Made by a program: the position numbers and the translations under genes. From an uncultured delta proteobacterium (GTDB lineage Bacteria; Desulfobacterota; Binatia; Binatales; Binataceae), in the NCBI GenBank assembly GCA_963711565.1, contig CAVQEQ010000003.1:864001-928000 (forward strand): a stretch of 64,000 nt of DNA, read 5' to 3'. Positions 37,010 to 47,404 of the stretch are shown piece after piece. The number at the start of each line of letters is the position of its first letter. Position 1 is the first letter of the stretch. The notes under the pieces are model-generated. The model made no database searches. It had not been told where the DNA came from and saw only the letters and a list, made by a program, of their open reading frames with translations.

Positions 37010-38176
37010 ATGAATTTTGAACTAACAGAAGCCCAAGAAGAGATCGTCAGGCAGGTTCGCACCCTGTGCACAAACTATCCCGACGAATACTGGCGCGAGC
37101 ACGACCGGCGCGCCGAGTTTCCCCACGACTTCTTCGCCGCAGTCGCTGCCGCCGGCTACCTCGGGGTCGCGATTCCGGAGAGCTACGGCGGCAGCGGGCT
37201 CGGCATCACCGAGGCCGCCCTCGTGATGCGCGAAGTCGCCGCTTCGGGCGGTGCGATGGCGGCCGCCAGCGCGGTTCATCTCTCGATCTTCGGCGTCAGC
37301 CCGCTCGTCTTCCACGGCAGCGAGGAACAGAAGCTCCGCTACCTGCCCAAGGTCGTCAGCGGCGAGATGCACGTGGCGTTCGCCGTCACCGAGCCCGACG
37401 CCGGCAACGACATCACGCATATCAAGACCGCCGCCCGCCGCGACGGCGACAACTACGTCATCAACGGGCGCAAAGTCTTTACCACCAAGGCACGCGAGGC
37501 AAAGAGGATGCTGCTGCTCACGCGCACCACGCCGTTCGAGCAGGTCGCAAAGAAGACCGATGGCATGAGCCTGTTCTTCGCCGAGCTCGAACCGTCAGCC
37601 GTTGAAATTCGCGAACTCGAAAAACTCGGCCGTGCCGCCGTCGACACCAACCTGCTGTTCATCGACAATTTGAAAGTGTCGGCGTCGGATCTGATCGGCG
37701 GCGAAGGCCGCGGTTTTCATTGCCTGCTCGACGGCTTGAATCCCGAGCGCATCCTGGTTGCCGCCGAGGCGATCGGAATCGGCCGCGCCGCGATCGCCAA
37801 AGCGGTCAGGTACGCAAAAGAGCGCGTCGTCTTCGGCCGCCCGATCGGACAGAACCAGGCCATCGCGCATCCGCTCGCCGATTCGTACTCCAAGCTCGAA
37901 GCGGCGGAACTCATGATGCTCAAGGCGGCGTGGCTGTTCGACAATCGCAAACCCTGCGGTCCCGAGGCCAATACCGCGAAGCTGCGCGCCGCCGACGCCG
38001 CCTTCGAGGCCTGCGATCGCGCGGTGCAGACGCTCGGCGGTTACGGCTACGTGCGCGAGTACGACGTCGAGCGCTATTTCCGCGAATGCCGTCTGCTGAA
38101 GATCGCGCCGGTGTCGCAGGAGATGGTGTTGAACTCGATCGCCGAGCACGTGCTCGGCTTGCCGCGGTCATACTAG
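37010..38176 (+). CDS. Acyl-CoA dehydrogenase
   Basis: FAVTEPDAG, INGRKVF, LNPERI, RVVFGRPIGQNQAI, QTLGGYGYVREYDVERYFRE. Confidence 0.94.
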   Translation: MNFELTEAQEEIVRQVRTLCTNYPDEYWREHDRRAEFPHDFFAAVAAAGYLGVAIPESYGGSGLGITEAALVMREVAASGGAMAAASAVHLSIFGVSPLVFHGSEEQKLRYLPKVVSGEMHVAFAVTEPDAGNDITHIKTAARRDGDNYVINGRKVFTTKAREAKRMLLLTRTTPFEQVAKKTDGMSLFFAELEPSAVEIRELEKLGRAAVDTNLLFIDNLKVSASDLIGGEGRGFHCLLDGLNPERILVAAEAIGIGRAAIAKAVRYAKERVVFGRPIGQNQAIAHPLADSYSKLEAAELMMLKAAWLFDNRKPCGPEANTAKLRAADAAFEACDRAVQTLGGYGYVREYDVERYFRECRLLKIAPVSQEMVLNSIAEHVLGLPRSY

Positions 38177-38188
38177 CCGGCGCTGCTG

Positions 38189-38542
38189 ATGCGTAAGGGC
38201 GCGATCATCGTTCTGCTCGCCGGGCTATGCTTCGTGGGCTACGTGTTCTATTCCCTGACCACCGTCGAACCGGTCAAAGTGGCCGACACTCGCCTCGTGC
38301 GCAGCGGCGATGTGGTGTCGGTCGAAGGCGAGGTTCGCAACACCGGCGACGACACGGGCCCGCTCCAGATAGAGGTGCACTATTTCGACCGCGACGGACA
38401 CTCGGTCGGCAAGGACGTCGTCTCGATGGACGGCCTGCGCCGCGGCGCCGCCACTCATTTCAAGAGTCCGCCGCACCGCGACGACGGCGTCGCGGATTTT
38501 TCCATATATCTGAACCACGGTCGAAATCCGTACGGAAATTGA
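38189..38542 (+). CDS. Small membrane-anchored Ig-like protein (FxLYD-like)
   Basis: N-terminal TM, VEGEVRNTG..VHYFDRDG pattern. Confidence 0.65.
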   Translation: MRKGAIIVLLAGLCFVGYVFYSLTTVEPVKVADTRLVRSGDVVSVEGEVRNTGDDTGPLQIEVHYFDRDGHSVGKDVVSMDGLRRGAATHFKSPPHRDDGVADFSIYLNHGRNPYGN

Positions 38543-38791
38543 GCCCGGACGCCGCGCTTCGATTCGCAGCTTGAATATTTTCAGAAGGTTCGCAGTCTAA
38601 ACAGTTTGTAGGCTGCCTTGTCCAGATGTATGAGGCTGGTTCAAGGGGTTCCGACGCGAACATCACTATTATGCTTGCCTCTAAGGCGCTATGCTGGTAC
38701 TAACTGTAAGTGTCGAATACCACCATTTTGGTGGCGTGCGCGCAAAATCGCATAAAATCGGCACACGTACAAAAGGGGAAAGAGGTTTTCT

Positions 38792-39220
38792 ATGCCACGC
38801 ATCAAGGAACGTACTTTCGGACTGGTCATTCGTGAGCGGAGAAGGCAACTCGATCTGACCCAGGAAGAAGTTGCCCACCGCATCAAAACCTCAACGCCAT
38901 ATGTCGGTCACCTGGAATCCGGCAAACGCCATCCGTCCGACAAGATCCTTACGCGCATGGCGGAAGTGCTTGGACTCGATCGCCGCGAGTTGTTCTTCCT
39001 CGCCAATCCCCGTGCGCAGGCCCTGCTGAGTCCCGAGGTCGAGACCGCGGCCGAATCGGCGTGGGATGACTTCAGGAAGAATGAGCAACTGCGGCGCATT
39101 CACAACGTTACCCCCAGCGAGATGGAGATGCTTTCGCGAGTTGCGTTGCTCGGCGACGTACGTTCGCCGCGCGATTTCATCTACATTCTGAATACCGTGC
39201 GCCACGCAGTCGGGAGATAA
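38792..39220 (+). CDS. XRE family HTH transcriptional regulator
   Basis: IRERRRQLDLTQEEVA..STPYVGHLESGKRHPS..LTRMAEVLG. Confidence 0.9.
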   Translation: MPRIKERTFGLVIRERRRQLDLTQEEVAHRIKTSTPYVGHLESGKRHPSDKILTRMAEVLGLDRRELFFLANPRAQALLSPEVETAAESAWDDFRKNEQLRRIHNVTPSEMEMLSRVALLGDVRSPRDFIYILNTVRHAVGR

Positions 39221-39248
39221 CCGATTCGATCGTAGCGAGCCGTTCATT

Positions 39249-39287
39249 AAAAGACGTGAGAGGATTGTCTCTCGCGTCTTTTTTTTT
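39249..39287 (+). terminator. Rho-independent terminator
   Basis: AAGACGTGAGAG-gattgt-CTCTCGCGTCTT followed by a T run. Confidence 0.75.
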
Positions 39288-39318
39288 GCGCAGCGCAAAG
39301 CCTAAGCTCGACCGCATC

Positions 39319-40611
39319 ATGGGCGAACCTGCACCCGCGCGTGAGACCGCGCCGGGAATTCCGCGATGGCCGCAACGCTACACGGTCGTCGCGCTGTTCT
39401 TTCTCGGCACCGCGCTTTGTTACATCGATCGCATCAGTATCTCGGTCGCGATAATCCCGCTTGCCCGCCAGTTCGGCTACGACTCCGCCGCGCAGGGCCT
39501 GGTGCTCTCGGCCGTCTTCTGGGGTTACCTGTGGACGCAGCTCGTCGGCGGATGGATGGCCGATCGATTCGGCGGCCATCGCGTGCTGGCGGCCGGCGTC
39601 GCAATCTGGTCGCTCGCGACTTTCGTCACGCCCACCGCCGCCGCCGCGACATTTTCTGCGCTGCTCGCCGCGCGCGTACTGCTCGGGCTCGGGGAGGGCG
39701 TGAACTTCCCATCGATTCATAGCCTCACGGCCCGCTGGACGCTGCCGTCGGAGCGCGCGCGCGTGCTGTCAGTCAACTACAGCGGGATGTATGTCGGCAC
39801 GGTCGCGGCGCTCATCGCGAGTCCGCTGATCATCAAGGCGTTCGGATGGCCCGCACTATTCTATATTTCAGGCACGCTCGGTCTGGTCTGGGTTGCGGTG
39901 TGGTTGTACGTCGCCGCCGACCGCCCCGAGACTTCATCGAGAGTAACCGTCGCTGAATTGACGTTGATCACGTCGTTGCGCACCGCCGAGCCTCGCGCGA
40001 TGCGAGTACCGTGGGCGGCAATCGCGCGCGAGCAAGCGGTCTGGGCGATCGTCGTCGCGCACTTCTGCAGCAACTTCGGATTCAACATCCTGCTGCTCTG
40101 GATGCCGACCTACCTGCATCACACGTTCAGCGTGCCGCTCGAGCGCGTCGGCGCGTATTCGATCATTCCATGGATCGTGACGTTCTTCATGATAACTTTC
40201 TCGGGCTGGCTCGCCGACGCTCTCATCGCGCGCGGCCTCAGCGTCGGCACAGTGCGCAAGTCGATGCAGACCACGGCTTTCGCGCTCGGCGCAATATCTC
40301 TCATGATGGTGCCGGCGGCGCATTCGCCGGCGATGGCGGTCGCGCTGCTCACGCTCGCAGCCTCGTCCAACGGCATCGGCTCTGCCGCCTTCGGTGTGAA
40401 TCATCTCAACGTCGCGCCGACCTACGCCGGAATCCTGATGGGAATCTCAAACACCTTCGCGACCATCCCCGGTATCATCGGCGTCGCGGCAACGGGACTG
40501 ATTGTGCAGGCGACCAAATCATTCAGCGCGGTCTTCTACCTGATCGCCGCGGTGTATTGCCTCGGGATGCTTCTATACCTGCGATGGGCCAGCGGCGAGC
40601 AGAGGCTCTGA
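39319..40611 (+). CDS. MFS transporter, anion:cation symporter (ACS) family
   Basis: CYIDRISISVA, GGWMADRFG, RVLLGLGEGVNFP, WMPTY; multiple TM helices. Confidence 0.9.
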   Translation: MGEPAPARETAPGIPRWPQRYTVVALFFLGTALCYIDRISISVAIIPLARQFGYDSAAQGLVLSAVFWGYLWTQLVGGWMADRFGGHRVLAAGVAIWSLATFVTPTAAAATFSALLAARVLLGLGEGVNFPSIHSLTARWTLPSERARVLSVNYSGMYVGTVAALIASPLIIKAFGWPALFYISGTLGLVWVAVWLYVAADRPETSSRVTVAELTLITSLRTAEPRAMRVPWAAIAREQAVWAIVVAHFCSNFGFNILLLWMPTYLHHTFSVPLERVGAYSIIPWIVTFFMITFSGWLADALIARGLSVGTVRKSMQTTAFALGAISLMMVPAAHSPAMAVALLTLAASSNGIGSAAFGVNHLNVAPTYAGILMGISNTFATIPGIIGVAATGLIVQATKSFSAVFYLIAAVYCLGMLLYLRWASGEQRL

Positions 40612-40679
40612 ATTTCTCCGGTAGCGCACTCGCCGAGAGTCGCGATATACCGTCAGATGTCCCCGAGCGCGACCAATCG

Positions 40680-41939
40680 ATGAGCCAGACAAGCAAACTC
40701 TCGCCCTACCGATGGATCATCGAGGTCTTGCTCCTACTTCTGTTGACGGCGCAGTCGTTCGCGTGGCTCGCGCCAGCACCGATACTCCAGGAAATCAGGA
40801 ACGGACTCGGAATCTCGCTGAGTAGCGCCGGCCTGATCATCTCGATCATCGCGCTCTGCATCGGTATCTTCTCGCTGCTCGGCGCACTCGTCGCCGAGCG
40901 CATCGGCGCACTCCGCGCGTTGATTATCGGAATGTGGTTGATGGCGCTCGGACAGATCGCCAGCGGCTACGCTCCGAATTTCGCCGCGCTGCTCGCGTGC
41001 CGCGTGCTCGAGGGAGTCGGCTACGGCCTCGTGATCGCGCCGCCCGGCACGCTCACCATGCAATGGTTCGGTGAAGGCGAATGGCCGTACATCAACATGG
41101 TCAACTTCGCCTTCGGCTACGTCGGACTCACCGCCGTATTCCGCGCGACGCCGGCCCTGTTCGCCGCAGTCGGCTCGTGGCGGATGACTCTGCTGTGGTA
41201 CGGCGTCGGCTCGGCGGGCGTCGCAATGTTGTGGACGATCTTCGGCCGCGAGCATCGCGTCGAGACAGTCGCGGCCGCACCGAGCGCGGTCGAAGAGCCG
41301 GCCGAGCGCGGGTCGGCACTGATGGAAGTCGCGAAGATGCGCAACGTCCTCCTGGTCGCGGCCGGTCTCTTCGGCGGGATGTGGGTGTTCCAGATTTACA
41401 CCGCGTTCCTGCCTGAGTTCTTCCGCACCTACCGCGGCATGTCGATGGCCGAGGCGTCGCTGATGACGCAGGTGCTGCCGTTCACCGGCCTGTTCGCGGC
41501 GCTCGGCGGCGGAATCGGCACGGGGATGTCGGGACTGCGCAAACCGTTCACCTGGCCGATCGCGTTCACGACGTTGATCGGATGCGCCGGCGCGTTGATG
41601 TTTCCCGATCCGCTGTGGATTCGGATATCGCTGGTGCTCGTCGGGATCGGCTCGGCAGGGTCGCTCGCCGCAATTACAACTCTGATTATGGAATTGCCCG
41701 GCATGAATCCGACGCGCGTGGGCGCGGCACTGGGCTTCGTGTGGGCGATCGGTTACTTCGGCGCGTTCATCTCGCCGTTTCTCGGCGGCGCACTCGCCGC
41801 GCACATCGGCTTGCGCACCGTGATGCTCGGCTTCCTGGTCTTCCAGTTCCTCCCGATCATGACGATGTACTTCTTGCCCGAGACCGGCCCGGGCCGCACG
41901 CGTTACGAAATCGAACCCGCCCCCGCCTCTGCCTCGTAG
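40680..41939 (+). CDS. MFS transporter (CynX/NimT-like)
   Basis: GALVAERIG motif A, RVLEGVGYG, about 12 TM helices; start MSQTS (the ORF-track extension overlaps the previous gene). Confidence 0.85.
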   Translation: MSQTSKLSPYRWIIEVLLLLLLTAQSFAWLAPAPILQEIRNGLGISLSSAGLIISIIALCIGIFSLLGALVAERIGALRALIIGMWLMALGQIASGYAPNFAALLACRVLEGVGYGLVIAPPGTLTMQWFGEGEWPYINMVNFAFGYVGLTAVFRATPALFAAVGSWRMTLLWYGVGSAGVAMLWTIFGREHRVETVAAAPSAVEEPAERGSALMEVAKMRNVLLVAAGLFGGMWVFQIYTAFLPEFFRTYRGMSMAEASLMTQVLPFTGLFAALGGGIGTGMSGLRKPFTWPIAFTTLIGCAGALMFPDPLWIRISLVLVGIGSAGSLAAITTLIMELPGMNPTRVGAALGFVWAIGYFGAFISPFLGGALAAHIGLRTVMLGFLVFQFLPIMTMYFLPETGPGRTRYEIEPAPASAS

Positions 41940-41947
41940 TTCCCGCT

Positions 41948-42120
41948 CTGCACAAATGCTCGACGCTTCTTCCCCTCTCCCAGAATCGGCTTTGCACAAT
42001 AAACCCCGTCCTGCACAAATAGTCTACCTGCTGCACAAAAAGGCGGGATGAAGCGGGATCACACGGGACAAACTGGGATGGCGGACCAGTGCGGACTAGG
42101 CCGGACGAGAGCGGACCAGC
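41948..42120 (+). repeat. Array of short direct repeats: 4x TGCACAA followed by eight 10-bp-phased units
   Basis: TGCACAA near 41949, 41993, 42012, 42032; nnnnGGGAnn x4 (42041-42080); sCGGACnAGn x4 (42081-42120). Confidence 0.75.
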
Positions 42121-42145
42121 TACTGCGCTGAACGCGGGCGGTGCC

Positions 42146-42745
42146 TCAATGCGCGCCTGCAAGCTGAACGGTAGCCAGCCATATTGCAATAGCTGCGGTT
42201 CCCAAAAGGGCTAGGAGTGTCAACCCATCGCCACGTCCTCCCAAAATCTTAACAAAATCACCTAAGGCCGATAGCCCCCAACCAAAGACGGCGAAGCCCC
42301 TAAACCGTGAAAAGGTGACTGTCCTGACCTCCGACGAGCGGAACCCTTCTGCTAAGCGGGCGCCTTCGACGAAGATGATGCCAACCAAAACCACGTCTGC
42401 GATCAGCATCGCAAGGGCAAACATCGCCTCGGAGTTGCTCGGGGGACAATTGGACATACATTTCGGATCGTTGGCTTGGACGTACGCAAACGCGAAGCCT
42501 AGCGCCCACAGCGCGGCGACAGCAGCGCCTGAGCGCTTCGCGTATTGCCCCGCTCCCGGAATCAGAGTACTGCCTGCCACTGCGAGGTTCGCGATCATCA
42601 CCGCACCAGTTACGAGTAGGCCGACCATATCTAAGAAACAGTGCGCCTCGCAGCGCCCCGCACCGTCTGGGACTCGGAACAACCAGAGAACCGCGCCACC
42701 AGCCACAAAGATGGCTAACCCTTTTGCTACATTGCTCTGCCTCAT
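42146..42745 (-). CDS. Hypothetical integral membrane protein
   Basis: About six hydrophobic segments, two CxxxC loops (CEAHC, CMSNC), GGGGAGG RBS; atypical codon usage. Confidence 0.6.
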   Translation of the reverse strand: MRQSNVAKGLAIFVAGGAVLWLFRVPDGAGRCEAHCFLDMVGLLVTGAVMIANLAVAGSTLIPGAGQYAKRSGAAVAALWALGFAFAYVQANDPKCMSNCPPSNSEAMFALAMLIADVVLVGIIFVEGARLAEGFRSSEVRTVTFSRFRGFAVFGWGLSALGDFVKILGGRGDGLTLLALLGTAAIAIWLATVQLAGAH

Positions 42746-42817
42746 TTTGCCTCCCCAAAATCGACTGTCTACCGAAACAAACCAGCCTGTATGACGGGCA
42801 TGCAGTCCTCCCTCCCG

Positions 42818-43120
42818 TGTCATTCAGAGCCGCCGCGGCGAAGAATCCCGGATCCTTCTTCCCCTCTCCTAGAATGGGAGAGGATCGAAGGCGCGGGTCG
42901 AGTTAGGATGTTGCGTTCCGCGCCACTGATTACCCGCCTCGCCCGCTTAGTTGCGGGAGAGGCCGCGCCGAAGGCGCGGGCGAGGTTATTCAGCGCGCGT
43001 TCTTCGCGCGCGATTCAAAATTCTGCCTCTGCCTTTTATTTTTTGTTCCCCTTCCCGCTCGGAAGGGCTCTCTCCTATTTTGTCCCCCCTCCCTCGAGGG
43101 AAGGGGTTAGGGGTTAGGTT
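42818..43120. repeat. Cluster of REP-like palindromes
   Basis: GTCATTC..GAAGAATCC (42818-42848), CCCCTCTCC..GGAGAGG (42861-42883), CCCCTTCCC..GGAAGGG (43048-43067), CCCCCCTCCCTCGAGGGAAGGGGTTAGGGGTTAGG (43084-43118). Confidence 0.7.
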
Positions 43121-43121
43121 C

Positions 43122-43916
<795 letters not shown>

Positions 43917-44024
43917 CGTGTTTTTCCAGCCGCGGAAATCCTATCTGCACCCCGCCGCATATTCCATCGCGCACTGGTTTGCCCTTTTTGCGATTACAAA
44001 CCTAAGATGGCCGAGGGGACCGAC

Positions 44025-44843
44025 ATGGCGGTAATTGCAATCAGTCAACAAATTGGCAGCAGAGGCATCGAGCTCGGCGAGCTCGCGGCGCAGCAACTCG
44101 GTTACCGGTTCCAGACCGGCGAGCAATTGATCGCCGAAACCGCCAGGCGCTTCAACGTCAGCGCCGATCAGATGAAATGGTTCGACGTACACAACCCGCA
44201 TTTCTGGGAACGGAAGACCGACGGCAGCCGCTTCGCCGCGTACTATCGTGCCGTCTTCCTGCAGGAGGCCGCGCAGGACCGGATCGTCGTCGCGGGCCGC
44301 GGTTCGTCGCATTTTCTCCCTGACGGCGGATGCGGCATCAGGGTGCGCACGATGGCTCCAGTGGCCGATCGCATCAAGCAGGTGGCGAAAGACGAGAAGC
44401 TCGCGCCGGCGGCGGCGGAGAAACGCGTTCGCGATTTCGACACCGAACTGAAGGCTCGCATTCACAGTCTGTTCGGGCAGGATATTGAGGACCCGGCGAT
44501 TTACGACCTGGTAATTAACACGGCGCGACTTTCGCTGGCGTCGCACGCGAACACGCTCGCAGCCCTCGCGACTCATATCGACAGTGAAGGCAACCCCGAA
44601 CGCACGAAGCGCATGAACGACGCTGCGATCGCGGCGCAGGTGCATGCGGCGCTGGTGGCGCACCCGAAAATCGGCGACTCGCAAATGTCAGTCAATTGCT
44701 CGGCCGGATGCGTGCGCGTAAGCGGTCCGGGACTGGTGCCGCCGTGGGACGAGCTCGTGATCGAAGTCGCGCAAACGATCGAAGGCGTCGCCTCGGTCGA
44801 AGTCGGCGCCGAAGAAGATCCCGTAACATTGACTACCAGTTGA
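44025..44843 (+). CDS. Cytidylate kinase-like protein with C-terminal BON-like domain
   Basis: VIAISQQIGSRG, VVAGRG, YDLVINT; C-terminal DAAIAAQVHAAL..IEGVASV. Confidence 0.8.
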   Translation: MAVIAISQQIGSRGIELGELAAQQLGYRFQTGEQLIAETARRFNVSADQMKWFDVHNPHFWERKTDGSRFAAYYRAVFLQEAAQDRIVVAGRGSSHFLPDGGCGIRVRTMAPVADRIKQVAKDEKLAPAAAEKRVRDFDTELKARIHSLFGQDIEDPAIYDLVINTARLSLASHANTLAALATHIDSEGNPERTKRMNDAAIAAQVHAALVAHPKIGDSQMSVNCSAGCVRVSGPGLVPPWDELVIEVAQTIEGVASVEVGAEEDPVTLTTS

Positions 44844-44854
44844 CCGCCCCCGGA

Positions 44855-45316
44855 ATGCGCGCACTCATCATCTTTTTCGCCACTGGAATTTATTCCGGAT
44901 ACGCTCCGATTGCGCCGGGAACCGCCGGCTCGGTGGTTGGACTGGTGGTCGTGTGGCTCGTATTCGGTCCGCTCTGGATTCATTCGCCGGCGCTATGCCT
45001 GCTGGTATTCGCGATCGCGTTTGCGATTGCATGCTGGATTTCCGATCGCGCCGAGAAAATTTTCGACAATCACGACGATTCGCGCATCGTGATCGACGAA
45101 GTCTTCGGTATGGCCGCGACGATGTTCGGCAATCCGATCACGTTCGGCTGGCTGATGCTCGGATTTCTGCTGTTTCGAGTCGCCGACGTGGTCAAGCCGT
45201 GGCCGGCGAGCTGGTTCGATCGCCGCATGCGCAACGGCGCGGGCGTGATGCTGGATGATTTGGCTGCGGGGATTTATGCGAATATTGTGCTGCAGGTGAT
45301 CGTGCGCTTGCTCTGA
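44855..45316 (+). CDS. pgpA: Phosphatidylglycerophosphatase A
   Basis: APGTAGS, DDSRIVIDEV, FRVADVVKPWP, GVMLDDLAAG. Confidence 0.94.
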   Translation: MRALIIFFATGIYSGYAPIAPGTAGSVVGLVVVWLVFGPLWIHSPALCLLVFAIAFAIACWISDRAEKIFDNHDDSRIVIDEVFGMAATMFGNPITFGWLMLGFLLFRVADVVKPWPASWFDRRMRNGAGVMLDDLAAGIYANIVLQVIVRLL

Positions 45317-45342
45317 AGGTACACGCCCGCAAGGAGTTCCCG

Positions 45343-46626
45343 ATGATTCAGAACGCTGTGATTCTTTCCACCGGCGACGAAATCACCACCGGCAAGGTCG
45401 TCGATACCAACGCCAACTATCTTGCCGACAAGCTCGCGGAAATCGGAATCGATCTCGTTGCGGTGCTCACCGTCGGCGACGTTCCCGACCGCCTGGAGTG
45501 GGCGTGGCGCACCGCCATCGCGAGAGGTGACGTGGTGATTTCGACCGGCGGCATCGGGCCTACCGCCGACGACCTGACCACCGAAACTATCGCGCGCGTC
45601 GCACGCGTGAAGCTGCGGCGCGATGAAGCCGCCGTCGAGCACATGACGCGATTGTTCGCGAGCATTGGCCGCCCGATGCCCGAGAACAATCTCAAGCAGG
45701 CGGACTTCCCCGAGGGCGCAACCATCATTCAGAATCCTCTCGGCACCGCGCCCGGCTTCAGAATGCCGGTGACGCTCGGCGGCCATACCGCGCATCTGAT
45801 CGTGCTGCCCGGCGTGCCGCGCGAGATGAAACCGATGATGGAAAATACGGTGATCCCGTGGATCGCGGCGAATCGCGGCACCGACAAGGTTTACGCGGTG
45901 AAGATTTTCCAGACCTTCGGTATGAGCGAGTCGGCGCTCGACGAAGCGGTGGCGGGATTGATCAAACCCGAAGAAGCCAAGGTCTCGTTCCGCGCGAGTT
46001 TCCCGCAGATTTCGCTCAAGATCAGAGTAGAGGGAGCACCCGGCGAGGTCGATCGCAAGCTGGCGGAGCTGTCGCATCGCGTGCGCGAGAAAATCTCGCA
46101 GTTCGTTTACGCCGAAGGCGACACCTCGATGGAAGAAGTCGTCGGCCGCCTCTTCATCGAGAAGAAATTTACGCTGGCGGTCGCCGAGTCATGCACCGGC
46201 GGACTGATCGGACATCGCATCACCAACGTTCCCGGCTGCTCGCAATACTTCAAAGGCGACCTCGTGACCTACACCTACGACGTGAAGGAAGGAGTGCTTG
46301 GGGTTTCGGCGGAGACGCTGAAAGCGCATGGCGCAGTGAGCGAAGAATGCGTACGCGAGATGGCGGCGGGCGTTCGCCGCCGCATCGGCGCGAGCGTGTC
46401 GGTCGCGACTTCGGGAATCGCGGGACCCGACGGCGGCACGCCGGACAAACCGGTCGGCACGGTCTGCATCGCGCTGTCAGCCGACGATCAGAGCTTCACC
46501 CGCCGCTACCAGTTTCGCGGCACTCGCGACTGGATCAAGCTGATCACGTCGCAGGTCGCGCTCGACTGGTTGCGGCGATACGCGCTCGGTCTGCCGATCG
46601 CCGACTCGACGCTGTTCCGCCGCTAG
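45343..46626 (+). CDS. cinA: Competence/damage-inducible protein CinA (MocF + PncC domains)
   Basis: GDEITTG..DTN, GGIGPTADDLT, LPGVPREM, AESCTGG, SGIAGPDGG..KPVGTV. Confidence 0.95.
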   Translation: MIQNAVILSTGDEITTGKVVDTNANYLADKLAEIGIDLVAVLTVGDVPDRLEWAWRTAIARGDVVISTGGIGPTADDLTTETIARVARVKLRRDEAAVEHMTRLFASIGRPMPENNLKQADFPEGATIIQNPLGTAPGFRMPVTLGGHTAHLIVLPGVPREMKPMMENTVIPWIAANRGTDKVYAVKIFQTFGMSESALDEAVAGLIKPEEAKVSFRASFPQISLKIRVEGAPGEVDRKLAELSHRVREKISQFVYAEGDTSMEEVVGRLFIEKKFTLAVAESCTGGLIGHRITNVPGCSQYFKGDLVTYTYDVKEGVLGVSAETLKAHGAVSEECVREMAAGVRRRIGASVSVATSGIAGPDGGTPDKPVGTVCIALSADDQSFTRRYQFRGTRDWIKLITSQVALDWLRRYALGLPIADSTLFRR

Positions 46627-46629
46627 CAC

Positions 46630-47007
46630 TCATCTGACGCGCGCGTAGTTGATCAGATCGCTGCCGGTGCCGGCCAGCGCAAGCTTCCCGTTGGCCGCGG
46701 CGCACTGGACCGCGTTCGCCGAAGTCGCGTCGGTGCACAGCACAACATTCGTGTCGCCAGTGAAGCACGCATCGTTGACTGTCGCGTTACCTTGAGCGAG
46801 TTGCACGTGTCCGGCGCAAAGATTGGCCATCTGCTTCACATCCACGGAACCAAAGACGCTGTTTGCCCACACGCCGGTCACATCATTTGACGCGGCGCGC
46901 GCTTTGCCGTCCGCCGGTGGAGGCCCGGGATGCGGCCCACGACCGCATCCAGAGCCAAGCAGGGCGAACAATGACAGTGCAGCAAGAATTGTCGTTCCTG
47001 TCTTCAT
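46630..47007 (-). CDS. Hypothetical lipoprotein
   Basis: MKTG..LFALLGSGC lipobox, Pro-rich linker, four further Cys; abuts the upstream gene. Confidence 0.7.
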   Translation of the reverse strand: MKTGTTILAALSLFALLGSGCGRGPHPGPPPADGKARAASNDVTGVWANSVFGSVDVKQMANLCAGHVQLAQGNATVNDACFTGDTNVVLCTDATSANAVQCAAANGKLALAGTGSDLINYARVR

Positions 47008-47016
47008 GTTTCCCAA

Positions 47017-47397
47017 TCAAACAAATTCAGCACTCGCCCGTTTTACGCTGACGCCTCCGAACATCGAGTACGCAAGAATGTCCAGTGGTAGACGAGCGTC
47101 CTCCTCGTCGCTTATCGAAGCGCTCGACTCCGAACTGTTCGCGGCTGTTTGCCGGCCGCGCAAATCGATCTTGCGCCCGCCGAATATGCTGAAGCCGTCG
47201 CAGATCACTTTTTCGTCGGGGCGCACTCTCACTTTGGCACCGCCGAATATCGCGACGACGGTAACAGCAAGCTCGGGCGGCGCATTCGTGAGGTCCAAAT
47301 CAAGTCCGCCGAAAAGAGCAAGGCCGAAAAACGACTCGCCACGATGGAGCATGCTGCCGTCGATCCTGTTCCCGGAAAAAATGGCCAAGCTCACCAT
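47017..47397 (-). CDS. LiaF-like / DUF2154 (Toastrack beta-helix) protein
   Basis: Repeated AIFSG, ALFGGLDLDL, AIFGGAKVRV, SIFGG, SMFGGVSVK units. Confidence 0.8.
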   Translation of the reverse strand: MVSLAIFSGNRIDGSMLHRGESFFGLALFGGLDLDLTNAPPELAVTVVAIFGGAKVRVRPDEKVICDGFSIFGGRKIDLRGRQTAANSSESSASISDEEDARLPLDILAYSMFGGVSVKRASAEFV

Positions 47398-47404
47398 GAT
47401 CGCA

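Noticed and set aside
41948-42120. Possible CRISPR array
   Set aside because: Units are 7-10 bp without spacers, and no cas genes are in the window
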